Origin: a bacterium | GTDB taxonomy: Bacteria > Bacillota > Clostridia > Christensenellales > CAG-138 | DNA length: 64,000 nt | Assembly: GCA_022778545.1 (NCBI GenBank) | Contig: JALFDW010000014.1 | Location: 81,822 to 145,821, forward strand | Direction: 5' to 3' | In this document: positions 47,104 to 57,016 of the stretch, piece by piece | Position numbering within the stretch: the stretch's first letter is position 1 | Layout of the letters: each line of letters begins with the position of its first letter | Program-made: the position numbers and the translations under genes | Notes under the pieces: generated by a model | What the model was told of the DNA's origin: nothing | Database searches by the model: none | The model's input: only the letters and a program-made list of their open reading frames with translations

Positions 47104-49911
47104 TTACGGGACCGTCTGCACAGGCGGATTCGCCGCATAGATGACCTCATAGGTATAGCGCAGGCGCTCATAATACGTTTCTGCAAGGTCATAGAGATTC
47201 GCATTGAGGTATGCCGCAAGCGTATCCGAAAGCGAAACGAGGTTGTTCCGGTCTGTGTCGGAAAGGTTCTGTGCCGCCACAAGATACGCCTCTACATCGG
47301 CAATGAGCCCGTTCGCCGCCGCGGTGAAGCTTGCGTTGTTGCCGCCGATGCTGATTCCTCCTCCGCCCCAGCCCGAGTAAGAATGCAGCGGGCACTGCGT
47401 CGTTGCAGCATACAGGTTGTATTCCTCCGCAGTAACATCCGTAATAACGGCATTTGGCAGGTATTTCTGCAGCAGCTCCGCATCGAACGACGCAAGGTAG
47501 GATTGTGTGCCGATGAGCAGGATGCTTTTCGTCTGCACGTTGGTGCAGTAGGCCGATGCAGGCTGCTCGGAATCCATGCAAACGCTTGTGAGCACATGCA
47601 TGTCGCAGGTTTCCGTGGGCGCGGTGCTCTTATCGAACCAATCCGTTATGGGAAGCAGCCCGTTCGCGTCAAAGGAGCAGGCTTCCGTGGCAAGCTTGCC
47701 GGACACGGCGCAGACCGTGCGCTTCACAAGCCCAAGCTCTACAGGGGAAGCGTCAATGATCGGTTTATCGACAAGGCCCTCGTGGACTTTTTCCATGAAC
47801 GCCCGCCATAGCGGTGCGGCGACTTTGCCGCCCGTCGAGCCGGAGGCGAGCTTCTGTTCGTAGGAGTCATGGCCAACCCAGACTACGGCGCTGTAATACG
47901 GCGTGATGCCTGCGAAATACGCGCTGCTGTAATCGGAATTCGTGCCTGTTTTTCCAGCAACCGTCATGCCGCGAATCTTCGCGGCCGTGCCTGTGCCGGT
48001 ATTGACCGCATCGGTAAGCATATCCACGAGCATATAAGCCGTTGTGGGCTTGAATACCTGGCGGGAAGCACGGATCTCGTCCGCATCGAGGATCACCCGG
48101 CCTTCACCATCCACAACGCGCGTAAAGGAAAGGGGTTCCAGATATTCGCCCATGTTGCCGATCGCGCCGTAAGCCGCCGCCATTTCAATGGGCGTGATGC
48201 CCGTTGTGCCAAGGGCAAGGCCGGAGCCTGTTGCGCTGATGCGGCTTGAATCCACGCCAAGGTTCATGAGGTACTGCGCGCCAACATCCGTCGTTACGTT
48301 TTCCATCAGTACGCGCGCCGCCACCACATTGAGCGAGGATACGATGCCCCGGCGGAGGGAAACAAGGCCAACGTATTTGTCGCTCCCGATGTTCGGATAA
48401 CCCGTTTCCGTATCCCAGCCCACGATAGCCTGCGGCAGGTTCGCCACGGCCGACGCCGGGGACAGCCCGAGATCGAGCGCAGGGCCGTAAACGGCGAGCG
48501 GCTTAATGCTGGAGCCGACCTCCGTTTCACTCTGGTAAGCGCGGTTCCAACCGCGCAGCACCTGCGGCGCGTTCCTGCCGCCCACGATGGCGCGCAGCTC
48601 GCCGGTTTTATGGTCGATCACAACGGCCGCGGCCTGCGGCTCCGGCTCCACGATCTCCGTCCCGTCGCTCGTGGTCGTCACGCGCGTCGCGGCGCTCTCA
48701 TTTTTAAGTTTCGGATAATCTTCCCAGTTTGCAAGCGTATCCTGAACGGTGTGCTGCATCTCCGTGTCCACCGTAAGGTAGATGCTGTATCCGCCGCTTT
48801 GCAGCTCGCTTTCAATCGCGGCGCGGTTGGCCTTGGTATCCAGCAGATCGCGGGAGGTGAGCAGGTGCGTCACCACATCCTGCATTGCGTACTCCACGAA
48901 ATAAAGCATGTCATCCACGCTGGAACGCTGGGATTTCTGCTGAATGTAAACCGTGTCCACAAGGGCGGCATCCCGCTGCTCTTTCGTGATGGACCCCGCT
49001 TTGTACATCTTTTCGATGACCACATCCGTGCGCGCATCGGTGATGTCCATCTTGTTCTCACCGTTTTCATAGAAGCGCTCATACATGTTTTTGCGCGGGT
49101 CGGTCCGGTTCGGCGCCTGGATCATTCCTGCAATCATCGCGCATTCGCGGATGCTCAGCTCGGAAAGATCCTTGCCGAAGTAATCCTTTGCGGCGGTCTT
49201 TACGCCATAGTTGGAACTGCCGAGATAAACATCGTTCAGGTATGCTTCCAACACATCGCTTTTTGAGATCGTGCGCTCCACCTCAAGGGCAAGATAGGCT
49301 TCCTGAATCTTGCGGCGATAGGAGACCTCGTTTGTAAGCAGCTTGTTTTTCACGAGCTGCTGCGTGATCGTACTTCCGCCCGCATCGCTCGAAGCGCTGA
49401 GAGAACCCACAACCGCTGCAAACAGGCGCTTGTAATCCACGCCGTTGTGGCGGTAGAAGCGCACATCCTCCACGGCGATAACCGCGTTGATGAGCATATC
49501 CGGCACATCCTCTATGTTAACCCAGTCCCGGTATTTCAGGCCGGCATACGTGGTGATGAGCTTGCCGTCCATGTCGTAAATGTACGAAGTACGCTCGCTT
49601 TTGGTAAGAAGTGAAACATCGAGCTCCGGCGTTGTGTCGATGTAAGCTTTTGCAACACCAAGCACAAGGCCGAGCCCGGCGCAGCCAAGCACCACAACGC
49701 ACACGAGCATGATTTTAAGCGTTGTGAAAAGAACCGCCAGCAAAAACGGGCGCTGCTGCCTGCGTTCCACAAAGATCTCGCCTTCGTGTGCTTCCGGCTC
49801 CCGGTGCAGCATGCTGTTAACCTTTGAGAGAAGGCGTTGCGCCGTTTCTTTTATGCGAACGCCGAAGGAAGGTTTCGGCTGTTCGGTTTGCGTTGTTTTC
49901 GTCTTTTCCAT
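47104..49911 (-). CDS. Class A penicillin-binding protein (PBP1A type: transglycosylase plus transpeptidase)
   Basis: GT51 motifs AVIAVEDVRFYRHNGVD and GGSTITQQLVKN. Transpeptidase motifs SSIKP...KTGT. The start was set at 49911 (AAGGAGA RBS). Confidence 0.93.
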   Translation of the reverse strand: MEKTKTTQTEQPKPSFGVRIKETAQRLLSKVNSMLHREPEAHEGEIFVERRQQRPFLLAVLFTTLKIMLVCVVVLGCAGLGLVLGVAKAYIDTTPELDVSLLTKSERTSYIYDMDGKLITTYAGLKYRDWVNIEDVPDMLINAVIAVEDVRFYRHNGVDYKRLFAAVVGSLSASSDAGGSTITQQLVKNKLLTNEVSYRRKIQEAYLALEVERTISKSDVLEAYLNDVYLGSSNYGVKTAAKDYFGKDLSELSIRECAMIAGMIQAPNRTDPRKNMYERFYENGENKMDITDARTDVVIEKMYKAGSITKEQRDAALVDTVYIQQKSQRSSVDDMLYFVEYAMQDVVTHLLTSRDLLDTKANRAAIESELQSGGYSIYLTVDTEMQHTVQDTLANWEDYPKLKNESAATRVTTTSDGTEIVEPEPQAAAVVIDHKTGELRAIVGGRNAPQVLRGWNRAYQSETEVGSSIKPLAVYGPALDLGLSPASAVANLPQAIVGWDTETGYPNIGSDKYVGLVSLRRGIVSSLNVVAARVLMENVTTDVGAQYLMNLGVDSSRISATGSGLALGTTGITPIEMAAAYGAIGNMGEYLEPLSFTRVVDGEGRVILDADEIRASRQVFKPTTAYMLVDMLTDAVNTGTGTAAKIRGMTVAGKTGTNSDYSSAYFAGITPYYSAVVWVGHDSYEQKLASGSTGGKVAAPLWRAFMEKVHEGLVDKPIIDASPVELGLVKRTVCAVSGKLATEACSFDANGLLPITDWFDKSTAPTETCDMHVLTSVCMDSEQPASAYCTNVQTKSILLIGTQSYLASFDAELLQKYLPNAVITDVTAEEYNLYAATTQCPLHSYSGWGGGGISIGGNNASFTAAANGLIADVEAYLVAAQNLSDTDRNNLVSLSDTLAAYLNANLYDLAETYYERLRYTYEVIYAANPPVQTVP

Positions 49912-50036
49912 AAATCTCCTTATAACCATCCAAGTATATTATAACACATCCCGGCCAAAAGGCTCAATATCGGAGCTTTCGCATACTATGAATTAACACT
50001 GCATTCATAAAATCCGCCTTGAAAAGGAGGTGCTGC

Positions 50037-50732
50037 ATGGAATACGAACCCACCCGCCCGAATTCAGGCAGCAGATGGAAGCGTTTCCGCCGCGCGGCAC
50101 TGCTTCTCCTCCTCCTGCTGACTGCCCTCTTCGGCACAGGAGTCGCCGTGCTCAGCGCAAACATGCGCCCCGCGATGACAGCGCTTGCCATCGCGCGGAT
50201 CCGCTCCGTTGCCGCCCGGGCGATGAACGACGCGATCCTCGATTCCATGGGAGACGAAACGAATTACGCCCGCCTGATCCAGGTACACGAAAGCAGCGAG
50301 CGCGTTTATATGCTCCAGGCAAACACGCACAAAATGAACATCCTTGCAGCCGACTGTGCCGAAGCTGCGCAGCAGCGCATTGCCGAGATGGGCGATCAGG
50401 GGATCACGATCCCCCTCGGCACGGTCACAGGAATCTCCTTTCTTGCCGGAAAAGGGCCGGGCATCCGGGTTGCGTTCAGCCCTGCAGGCAGCGTGCAGAG
50501 CGAGTTCCATTCAGAATTCGTTTCCTCCGGCATCAACCAGACGCTTTACCGCGTGAACCTCCTGCTCACCGCTTCCGTCCGCCTCGTTATGCCCGGCGTT
50601 TCGGAGATCATCTCCGTGCGCGCAGAGGCCGCGATCGCGGAGAGCATCATCGTCGGCGATGTGCCGCAGGTCTACACGAACGTTGCTTCCGAGGAGGATA
50701 TGCTCAACCTGATCCCCACAGATGTGCCATAA
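50037..50732 (+). CDS. yunB: Sporulation protein YunB
   Basis: An N-terminal TM segment and the YunB pattern (ITIPLGTVTGISFLAGKGPGIRV...QTLYRVNLLLTASVRLVMP). The ATG at 50037 is 6 nt after AAAGGAGG. Confidence 0.85.
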   Translation: MEYEPTRPNSGSRWKRFRRAALLLLLLLTALFGTGVAVLSANMRPAMTALAIARIRSVAARAMNDAILDSMGDETNYARLIQVHESSERVYMLQANTHKMNILAADCAEAAQQRIAEMGDQGITIPLGTVTGISFLAGKGPGIRVAFSPAGSVQSEFHSEFVSSGINQTLYRVNLLLTASVRLVMPGVSEIISVRAEAAIAESIIVGDVPQVYTNVASEEDMLNLIPTDVP

Positions 50733-50779
50733 CAAAAAACTTTACACAAATCCGCTCGGCTTTATGCTATACTTACTAC

Positions 50780-51595
50780 ATGAAAAAGTGCTTCATCTTC
50801 CTGCTTGCCGCGCTGTTCCTGTTCGCGGCCTGCCCGGCAGCCTTTGCCGAGCCTACTCCCTCCATGCAGCCGGAGGCTTCCCCCTCCCCGGAGCAACAGC
50901 CCGACACATCCTCCCTCATCAGCTACGGTTCAACGGGGGAAATGGTCGTGCGCATCCAGCTCCGCCTGCGCGAGCTTGGGTATTTTGACTTCAAGCCCAC
51001 AGGCAACTTCCAGAGCATGACCGTGGAAGCCACAAAAAAGTTTCAGCAGAACCAGACGGACGCTGCCGGTTTCCCCATCATTGCGGACGGAACGGTCGGC
51101 GAACAATCCCGCGCGTTTCTGTTTGAGCAGAGCGCAAAGCGCGTGGATATCGCAGCCTCCATCCCCATCGGCCAGCAGCTTTCCGGCACGGCAAGCGTAA
51201 CGGGAGAGCTCGTGCACTGGAGCGAGGTGAAAACGCTGTTCACGCAGGGGCAGACCTATTCCGTGACCGACTATAACACCGGCGCACAGTTCGACATGGT
51301 ATTCTGCGGCGGCGAGATGCATGCGGAAATGGAATGCGCCAATTCCGTGGATACCGCAGCATACAAAGAAGCCTTCGGCGGTGAGTTCAACTATTCCAAA
51401 CGCCCCGTTGTCATCGCCGTTGGCGGCAGGCTTATCGCGGCCTCGCTGCAGGGCTTCCCGCATGGGGAGGATACCGTTGCAGCCAACGAAATGGCCGGCC
51501 ACGCCTGCATGTTCTTTGACGGCAGCTTTTCCCACGTCGGCCAGCTGCCGGATGTGGAGCATGCCACCCAGGTCAACAAAGCCGCAGGGCGATGA
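50780..51595 (+). CDS. Secreted PG_binding_1-domain protein with the same uncharacterised C-terminal domain as 45306-46469
   Basis: Signal peptide MKKCFIFLLAALFLFAACPAAFA and VVRIQLRLRELGYF (peptidoglycan-binding). The shared C-terminal motifs are VTDxxTG, GGxxHA(D/E), RPxxV, AAS, PH and GHxC. The 250 upstream codons of the track ORF overlap yunB and are rejected. Confidence 0.75.
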   Translation: MKKCFIFLLAALFLFAACPAAFAEPTPSMQPEASPSPEQQPDTSSLISYGSTGEMVVRIQLRLRELGYFDFKPTGNFQSMTVEATKKFQQNQTDAAGFPIIADGTVGEQSRAFLFEQSAKRVDIAASIPIGQQLSGTASVTGELVHWSEVKTLFTQGQTYSVTDYNTGAQFDMVFCGGEMHAEMECANSVDTAAYKEAFGGEFNYSKRPVVIAVGGRLIAASLQGFPHGEDTVAANEMAGHACMFFDGSFSHVGQLPDVEHATQVNKAAGR

Positions 51596-51655
51596 TGCAG
51601 CGCAATCACGTTTATAACAGCAAGCAGGCAGCTCTGCCGGAGCCGCCCGCTTGTT

Positions 51656-52396
51656 TTATTTTGCCGCACGCTCGCGCAGCTTTTGCAGTATTTTGCTTTC
51701 AAGGCGCGATACCTGCACCTGGGAGATTCCCATTTGCGCTGCGATCTCATTTTGTGTTTTATCCGAAAAATAGCGCAGCAGGATGATCGTGCGCTCCCGT
51801 GGCTCCAGCGTGCCGAGCAGCTCCTTCAGGAGAACACGGTTGAGGGTCTCGCCCATCTCATCCGCCCCATCCTGCACACGGTCGAGCATGAGCGCGTCGG
51901 AATCGTCCCCATATGCCGGCTCATAGATGGACATATGCGGCCGCGCTGCTTCCAGCGCAGCAGCGATCTCCTCCGCATCCACCTGAAGTGCGTCCGCAAT
52001 TTCGGACACGCCCACATCACGCCCCTGTTCCGCAGAAAGCCGTTCCCGCACAGCGGCAGCCTGCGCAGCAAGCTCCTTCAGAGAGCGGCTCACTTTGATC
52101 ATACCGTCATCCCGCAGGAAACGTTTGATCTCGCCTGCGATCATCGGCACGGCATAAGTGGAAAAGCGCACGTCATAGGAAAGGTCGAAGTTCCGGATCG
52201 CTTTCACAAGCCCCATGCAGCCGATCTGAAACAGGTCGTCATATTCCACATGCCGGTTCATGTAACGCTTCACGATGGATTTCACAAGCGCCGTGTTGCA
52301 AAGTGTAAGCCGTTCCTGCGCTGCTTCATCCCCCTGCTGCGCGCGGCGGATCAGTTCTCTCGTTTCCTCTGCGGCAAGCGGTGCGTTCTCATTCAT
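51656..52396 (-). CDS. sigF: Sporulation sigma factor SigF
   Basis: A sigma-70 region 2-4 protein, third gene after spoIIAA-spoIIAB, with GISQVQVSRLE in region 4. Confidence 0.93.
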   Translation of the reverse strand: MNENAPLAAEETRELIRRAQQGDEAAQERLTLCNTALVKSIVKRYMNRHVEYDDLFQIGCMGLVKAIRNFDLSYDVRFSTYAVPMIAGEIKRFLRDDGMIKVSRSLKELAAQAAAVRERLSAEQGRDVGVSEIADALQVDAEEIAAALEAARPHMSIYEPAYGDDSDALMLDRVQDGADEMGETLNRVLLKELLGTLEPRERTIILLRYFSDKTQNEIAAQMGISQVQVSRLESKILQKLRERAAK

Positions 52397-52826
52397 CGCA
52401 CCCCACCGCCGCGATCTCTTTTTTCATGGTCACCGTCGTCCCGCGGCCAACTTCGGATTCCACCGTCACGGAATCCATGAACGCTTCCATCACGGCAAAC
52501 CCCATGCCGGAGCGTTCCAGGTTCGGTATGCTCGTGTAAAACGGCTGCATGGCAAGCGCCACATCCGGAATGCCGCGCCCTTCATCCCGCACGGCCACGG
52601 TGAACGTGCTTCCCCGGATTGCGCAATCCATCATGACCATTCCGCGCATTCCGCTGTAACCATGGATGATCGCGTTTGTGACGGCTTCGCTCACAGCGGT
52701 GCGGATATCTGTCAACTCCTCAATCGTTGGGTTGAGCTGCGACGCGAACGCGGCAGCCACCATCCGCGCAAACGATTCGTTCTGCGACACCCCCAAAAAG
52801 CTGACGTGCATTTCGTTATCCAACAT
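52389..52826 (-). CDS. spoIIAB: Anti-sigma F factor (serine kinase) SpoIIAB
   Basis: MLDNEMHVSFLGVSQNESFARMVAAAF...AVSEAVTNAIIHGY. The start at 52826 has a GGGGAGAGG RBS. Confidence 0.92.
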   Translation of the reverse strand: MLDNEMHVSFLGVSQNESFARMVAAAFASQLNPTIEELTDIRTAVSEAVTNAIIHGYSGMRGMVMMDCAIRGSTFTVAVRDEGRGIPDVALAMQPFYTSIPNLERSGMGFAVMEAFMDSVTVESEVGRGTTVTMKKEIAAVGCDE

Positions 52827-53151
52827 GTCCCTCTCCCCTTTCAGCATCCTGTTGCCCCAAGAGCGCGTAAACGCCCGCCATTTTCAAGATCCGCCCGACA
52901 GGCCGGGATGCGCCGCGGATCCGCATGCTCCCGCCGCGTTCCTTCAAAAGCTTGTAGCGGCCAAGCACCACACCAAGCCCGGAGCTGTCCATAAACGATA
53001 CCCCGGAAAGGTCGAGCACAAGGCGGCGGATCGAACGATCGGAGAGCAGCGCGTCAAGCTCCACGCGCAAGGGAGCGGCGCTGTGGTGATCCAGCTCCCC
53101 CGTGAGAAGCACTGAAAGCGTTTCTCCGTCCCTTTGGGTTTTTATCTGCAT
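52816..53151 (-). CDS. spoIIAA: Anti-sigma F factor antagonist SpoIIAA (STAS domain)
   Basis: LTGELDHHSAAPLR...LDLSGVSFMDSSGLGVVLGRYK. The start at 53151 has an AAAGGGGA RBS. Confidence 0.9.
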   Translation of the reverse strand: MQIKTQRDGETLSVLLTGELDHHSAAPLRVELDALLSDRSIRRLVLDLSGVSFMDSSGLGVVLGRYKLLKERGGSMRIRGASRPVGRILKMAGVYALLGQQDAERGEGHVG

Positions 53152-53334
53152 ACATGCATCCCCTTTCGCATAGATATATGGAATATCACAAATTAGTTCA
53201 ACGCAGAAATTTCGCCTCCTACCAAGGATTCCCACGAATCCTCCAGAATATGCACGAGTTTTGAAGAAAACAAAAACGCGCTGCGTTTTTGTTCCGCAGC
53301 ACGCTGTTTTGGTTTCATATTCTCAATTCTTATG

Positions 53335-54012
53335 TTATGATTCGATCTCGTGTGCCCGGGGCAGGCTCCACCTGAAATGCGCAGAAAGAAGGCGGATCAG
53401 GATGATCAGCGAAGCTCCCGCAAGGATTGATACAGCATCGCCGCACCACCTGTGCAGCACGGCACATAGAATCGCACCGAGGATCGAAGCGCAGGCATAG
53501 ATATGCTTCACAAAGATGTACGGCTTGTCCCCTGCGAACACATCGCGCATCAGGCCGCCGCCCACGCCGGTGATCACGCCAACCGACACGACAAGAAATG
53601 CGCCGTTTTCACAGCCGCAGCCATATGCCACGCGCATGCCGACCATGGTGAATACGCCAAGGCCCACAGAATCCATCAGCAGCAGCATGCGTTCGAACGC
53701 AAGGTGGCTCTTCATCAGCCAGCGCCGGATCGCCGGGATGAACACAATGACCGACGTGACCGCCGCAACGATCACATAAACAGGCGTCATAAAAAGAGCC
53801 GGGGGCGTTTTACCCAAAATGATGTCGCGCGTCAGCCCGCCTCCGCAGGCTGTAACCACACCAAGGATCATTACGCCGAACAGATCCATGTTTTTCCGAA
53901 TCGCCGTCATCGCGCCGGAGAGCGCGAACGCGATCGTGCCAATCATTTCGAACGCAAAAATGAGTTCATCCAAGGGCGCATCCTCTTTCCGCTTTTTCCC
54001 TGCCGCGCACAT
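53335..54012 (-). CDS. Trimeric intracellular cation channel (UPF0126/YadS) family membrane protein
   Basis: Duplicated GxxGGGxxRD motifs (ACGGGLTRDIILG, GVGGGLMRDVFAG). Confidence 0.8.
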   Translation of the reverse strand: MCAAGKKRKEDAPLDELIFAFEMIGTIAFALSGAMTAIRKNMDLFGVMILGVVTACGGGLTRDIILGKTPPALFMTPVYVIVAAVTSVIVFIPAIRRWLMKSHLAFERMLLLMDSVGLGVFTMVGMRVAYGCGCENGAFLVVSVGVITGVGGGLMRDVFAGDKPYIFVKHIYACASILGAILCAVLHRWCGDAVSILAGASLIILIRLLSAHFRWSLPRAHEIES

Positions 54013-54106
54013 GCCCGGCTAAGTATAGGAGTTTACCGCCGGACCGCCCTGCTGTCAAAGTGGAAGTTTCAATGGAACGCCGCTTTCATCGTCCGATGCG
54101 ATTCCA

Positions 54107-54865
54107 TCAGATTCCGCCGACGAGCACGCCTACCCCGCCGTGCAGCGCCAGCCGGATCAGCCCGCAGGCAACAAGATGCAGCGGATAATAAAGATAAAAG
54201 AACCATTTCATCCCCTTCCACTTGCCGCGCTCACCGTTATAGAGCGAAAGCACAGGGATCGAGAGGGCAACCATCAGCTGCAGCACGCCGTATACCTTGT
54301 CGATGAAGATGAAGTAGACGGCTGCGTACATCGCGACAAAAATCATCATCCATGTCATCTGCTTTTTGAAATCCCCGCGGTTCGTGCCAAAGGCAACAAT
54401 TACAAGCACTGCGATGCAGCTCCAGTCAGCGCAGAACGATATCACGCAGATGAGGAGCGTAATCGTGGTTTTCTGCCACTGCTTCAGCCCCTCGCTGTTC
54501 ATGACAGAGAGTGCCACAAGCCCCCAGGCAAGCGCCCACATTACGCCCGTTTGGTTGAATACGCCCGTCTGAAACGGCACAAATGGGATCCCGAACGCGA
54601 AATTATAAGCAAAATGCGAGATCAGCGCAAAAAGGAACAGCCGCGCGGCGTAACGCCTGCGGTCATGCGTATAGTGGTAGCCTTCCGCAATGAAGAAGCA
54701 CATGATCGGCGCGGTAAGCCTGCCGATGGAATGCAGCAGAAGAAGCCACGGAGCCGTCTGATATCCGGGGAAGATCACCCAGGTCAGGTGATCCACCGTC
54801 ATTGCAATGATGGCGATGAGCTTCAATGCGTTTCCGCTTAGGCCATGTTTTTTCGTGCGTTCCAT
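54107..54865 (-). CDS. TraX-family membrane protein
   Basis: LKLIAIIAMTVDHLTWVIFP...RLTAPIMCFFIAEGYHYT. Confidence 0.8.
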   Translation of the reverse strand: MERTKKHGLSGNALKLIAIIAMTVDHLTWVIFPGYQTAPWLLLLHSIGRLTAPIMCFFIAEGYHYTHDRRRYAARLFLFALISHFAYNFAFGIPFVPFQTGVFNQTGVMWALAWGLVALSVMNSEGLKQWQKTTITLLICVISFCADWSCIAVLVIVAFGTNRGDFKKQMTWMMIFVAMYAAVYFIFIDKVYGVLQLMVALSIPVLSLYNGERGKWKGMKWFFYLYYPLHLVACGLIRLALHGGVGVLVGGI

Positions 54866-54867
54866 TT

Positions 54868-55758
54868 TTACCCCTCTTTCTTTTCCCGCTTTGTCGCAAG
54901 CTTCCGTTCCCGGGCATAATGAAAAATGTATTGCTGGATGATCCCGCTCATCGGCCCGAGTTCATGCAGCAGGCGTTCCGTTTCGCGCCGGCCCGGCGTT
55001 TCTCCATCAAAAAACAAGGTTTTGAGCGCCCTGCCGATCCATACATCCACCGGGAAAGCATCCGTATGGCCAAGCGAAAACAGCAGGACGCAGTCCGCTA
55101 CTTTCGGCCCGACGCCGGGGAATGCGGCAAGCACCCTGCGCGCTTCGGGAAGCGGCATTGCCCGCAGCGTTTCAAGGTCAAACCCATTCGCCACCATGCG
55201 CGCGCTCTCCCGCACATACGGTGCGCGATACCCTGCGCCGATATCGCGCAGCTCGGCTTCACCCAAGTTGGCGATCGCCTCCGGTGTAGGAAACAGTCGG
55301 TATTCCCTGCCGTCCTTCATCGTTCCCAGTTTTCCTGCACAGGCGCAAAGCCGCGCGACGATCCCGGCGATCCGCCCCGTGTTGTTGTTCGCGGAAAGGA
55401 TAAACGTGATGAGCGTTTCAAAGGGTTCCTGATTCAACACGCGAATGCCGGAAGCATACGGCACACAGGCCGAAAGCCGCGTATCCGCGCAAAGCTGCGT
55501 TTCGATGGCGGCGTAGTCCCGCGCCAAATCGAAATAGTTGAGCCATAGCGGCACATCTTCTTTTGCGCAGGGGAAGATGCGAAGCGCTCCTTCATCCGTC
55601 TCCGCGTATACGCCGCGCCCAAAGGCTACGCCAAACCAGCCCTGCTCCGTCTTTTCCCAGCGGAATGACTGGCCACAGGCAAGCGTTCGGTCAAGGTCGA
55701 GCCGTTCGATGCCCGTAATGGTCAAGACGCCGCTTTCCCAATGTGTTTTCTCAAACAT
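54868..55758 (-). CDS. 8-oxoguanine DNA glycosylase / HhH-GPD family N-glycosylase-lyase
   Basis: LACGQSFRW N-terminal motif. HhH-GPD region GVGPKVADCVLLFSLGHTDAFPVDVW. Confidence 0.85.
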   Translation of the reverse strand: MFEKTHWESGVLTITGIERLDLDRTLACGQSFRWEKTEQGWFGVAFGRGVYAETDEGALRIFPCAKEDVPLWLNYFDLARDYAAIETQLCADTRLSACVPYASGIRVLNQEPFETLITFILSANNNTGRIAGIVARLCACAGKLGTMKDGREYRLFPTPEAIANLGEAELRDIGAGYRAPYVRESARMVANGFDLETLRAMPLPEARRVLAAFPGVGPKVADCVLLFSLGHTDAFPVDVWIGRALKTLFFDGETPGRRETERLLHELGPMSGIIQQYIFHYARERKLATKREKKEG

Positions 55759-55785
55759 CCCTGTTCTCCGCCTTCCATTGCAATG

Positions 55786-55821
55786 AAAAAGCCCCTTCCG
55801 ATTTGTTCGGAACGGGCTTTT
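55786..55821 (-). terminator. Terminator after rpmA
   Basis: An 11-bp stem (gccccttccga / tcggaacgggc) with one C-C mismatch and a 5-nt loop, followed on the minus strand by TTTTT. Confidence 0.55.
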
Positions 55822-55836
55822 AAAAACGTTTTACCG

Positions 55837-56130
55837 TCAGTTCGCAGCGGCTTCCTCTGCGTAAACGCTGACCTGCTTGCGGCCCATACGCTTCGTTTCA
55901 AAGCGGACTACGCCATCAATCTTCGCAAAGAGCGTATCGTCCTTGCCGATGCCAACGTTGGTGCCGGGATGGAAATGCGTGCCGCGCTGCCGAACCAGGA
56001 TGTTGCCGGCCAGAACGAACTGACCGTCCGCACGCTTCGGCCCAAGGCGCTTGGATTCACTGTCGCGGCCGTTGCGCGAGCTGCCCACGCCCTTTTTATG
56101 CGCGAAAAGCTGCAGATTGATCTTCATCAT
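55837..56130 (-). CDS. rpmA: 50S ribosomal protein L27 with a Prp-cleavable N-terminal extension
   Basis: [30 protein letters not shown]. Confidence 0.96.
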   Translation of the reverse strand: MMKINLQLFAHKKGVGSSRNGRDSESKRLGPKRADGQFVLAGNILVRQRGTHFHPGTNVGIGKDDTLFAKIDGVVRFETKRMGRKQVSVYAEEAAAN

Positions 56131-56134
56131 CGTG

Positions 56135-56464
56135 TTACACCTCCCTCTCAATTATCTTGATGTAATCACCGTAGGAATCTGCGATGGAACGAAGCCCCAC
56201 CGCCATCGTTTCCAAAATGAGTTCCGCCTTTTGCCACGCGGCCTCCGCAATGCCTTTTTCAAGCATGCAGTAAAGCCTCGCTTCATCAACATCCACCGCA
56301 GCCGGAAGGTTTAACACCTCCGTGATGCCGAGCACCGCCGTTTGCGTCACCGCGCTCACCGCGCTGCAAACGATGTCCTCGCCCTCCTCGGCAAAGCCCG
56401 TATGGCCCTCTGCCGAAAAACCTGCGATCCTGCCTTTCTGGCGGAAGATAGTCACCCTTGTCAT
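56135..56464 (-). CDS. prp: Ribosomal-processing cysteine protease Prp
   Basis: It lies between rplU and rpm[27 protein letters not shown] carries the His/Cys dyad region. Confidence 0.88.
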   Translation of the reverse strand: MTRVTIFRQKGRIAGFSAEGHTGFAEEGEDIVCSAVSAVTQTAVLGITEVLNLPAAVDVDEARLYCMLEKGIAEAAWQKAELILETMAVGLRSIADSYGDYIKIIEREV

Positions 56465-56470
56465 GCTGCC

Positions 56471-56785
56471 TTAGCCGATCGCGTTGATCTTGACCTTGGT
56501 ATACGGCTGACGATGACCCTGCTTCTTGCGGTAGTTCTTCTTGGGCTTATACTTGAAGACTACGACCTTCTTACCCTTGCCATGCTCGACGACTTCGCCC
56601 TTGGCAGCTACGCCCGCAACCACGGGTTTGCCGACCTGAACGCCTTCTTCGCCGCAAAGCATCAGCACCTCAAAAGCGACCTCAGAGCCGACTTCGGCAT
56701 CGAGCTTCTCAACGAGAACCTCGTCACCAACCGCCACCTTATACTGTTTGCCGCCGGTACGGATAATAGCGTACATGTCCTGCAC
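56471..56785 (-). CDS. rplU: 50S ribosomal protein L21
   Basis: [25 protein letters not shown]...[22 protein letters not shown]. Confidence 0.96.
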   Translation of the reverse strand: MQDMYAIIRTGGKQYKVAVGDEVLVEKLDAEVGSEVAFEVLMLCGEEGVQVGKPVVAGVAAKGEVVEHGKGKKVVVFKYKPKKNYRKKQGHRQPYTKVKINAIG

Positions 56786-56895
56786 CTCCTCTTACCAATC
56801 TCGCCCACGTTTCGGCGTTGGGAAACCCACGCTTACAAAGCCGACGCGGAGCGGCTTACCGAAGCATTGTAACACATGGGAAAGTACCCTGTCAA
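56786..56895 (-). promoter_or_regulatory. SigA promoter plus ~80-nt leader of rplU (possible L21 leader)
   Basis: On the minus strand: TTGACA (56895-56890), an 18-nt spacer, then TACAAT (56871-56866). The leader contains the hairpin gcgtggg-ttt-ccc(a)acgc before the AGAGGAGG RBS. Confidence 0.5.
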
Positions 56896-57016
56896 CAAGG
56901 ATTTCTCCGCTTTCCCCGTGTTTTTTAGGCAAAGATATGGTATCATTTTTATGATGGATATTCAAGCGCGTTCCGGCACAAATTATCCTCAATAACAAAC
57001 GGAGCGTAACTGCATC

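Noticed and set aside
50030-50779. N-terminal 250 codons of the 521-aa ORF 50030-51595.
   Set aside because: This part overlaps yunB in another frame and is Arg/Pro-rich nonsense. A signal peptide begins exactly at the internal ATG 50780.
53152-53334. A SigH promoter or Spo0A boxes upstream of spoIIAA.
   Set aside because: AGGAGG...GAACT elements are present, but the spacing and sequence do not match the consensus well enough to call by eye.
54107-54865. The TraX-family gene as evidence of a second conjugative element.
   Set aside because: No other transfer, recombinase or replication genes are nearby. GC matches the core. TraX-like acyltransferase-family genes occur as stand-alone chromosomal genes.
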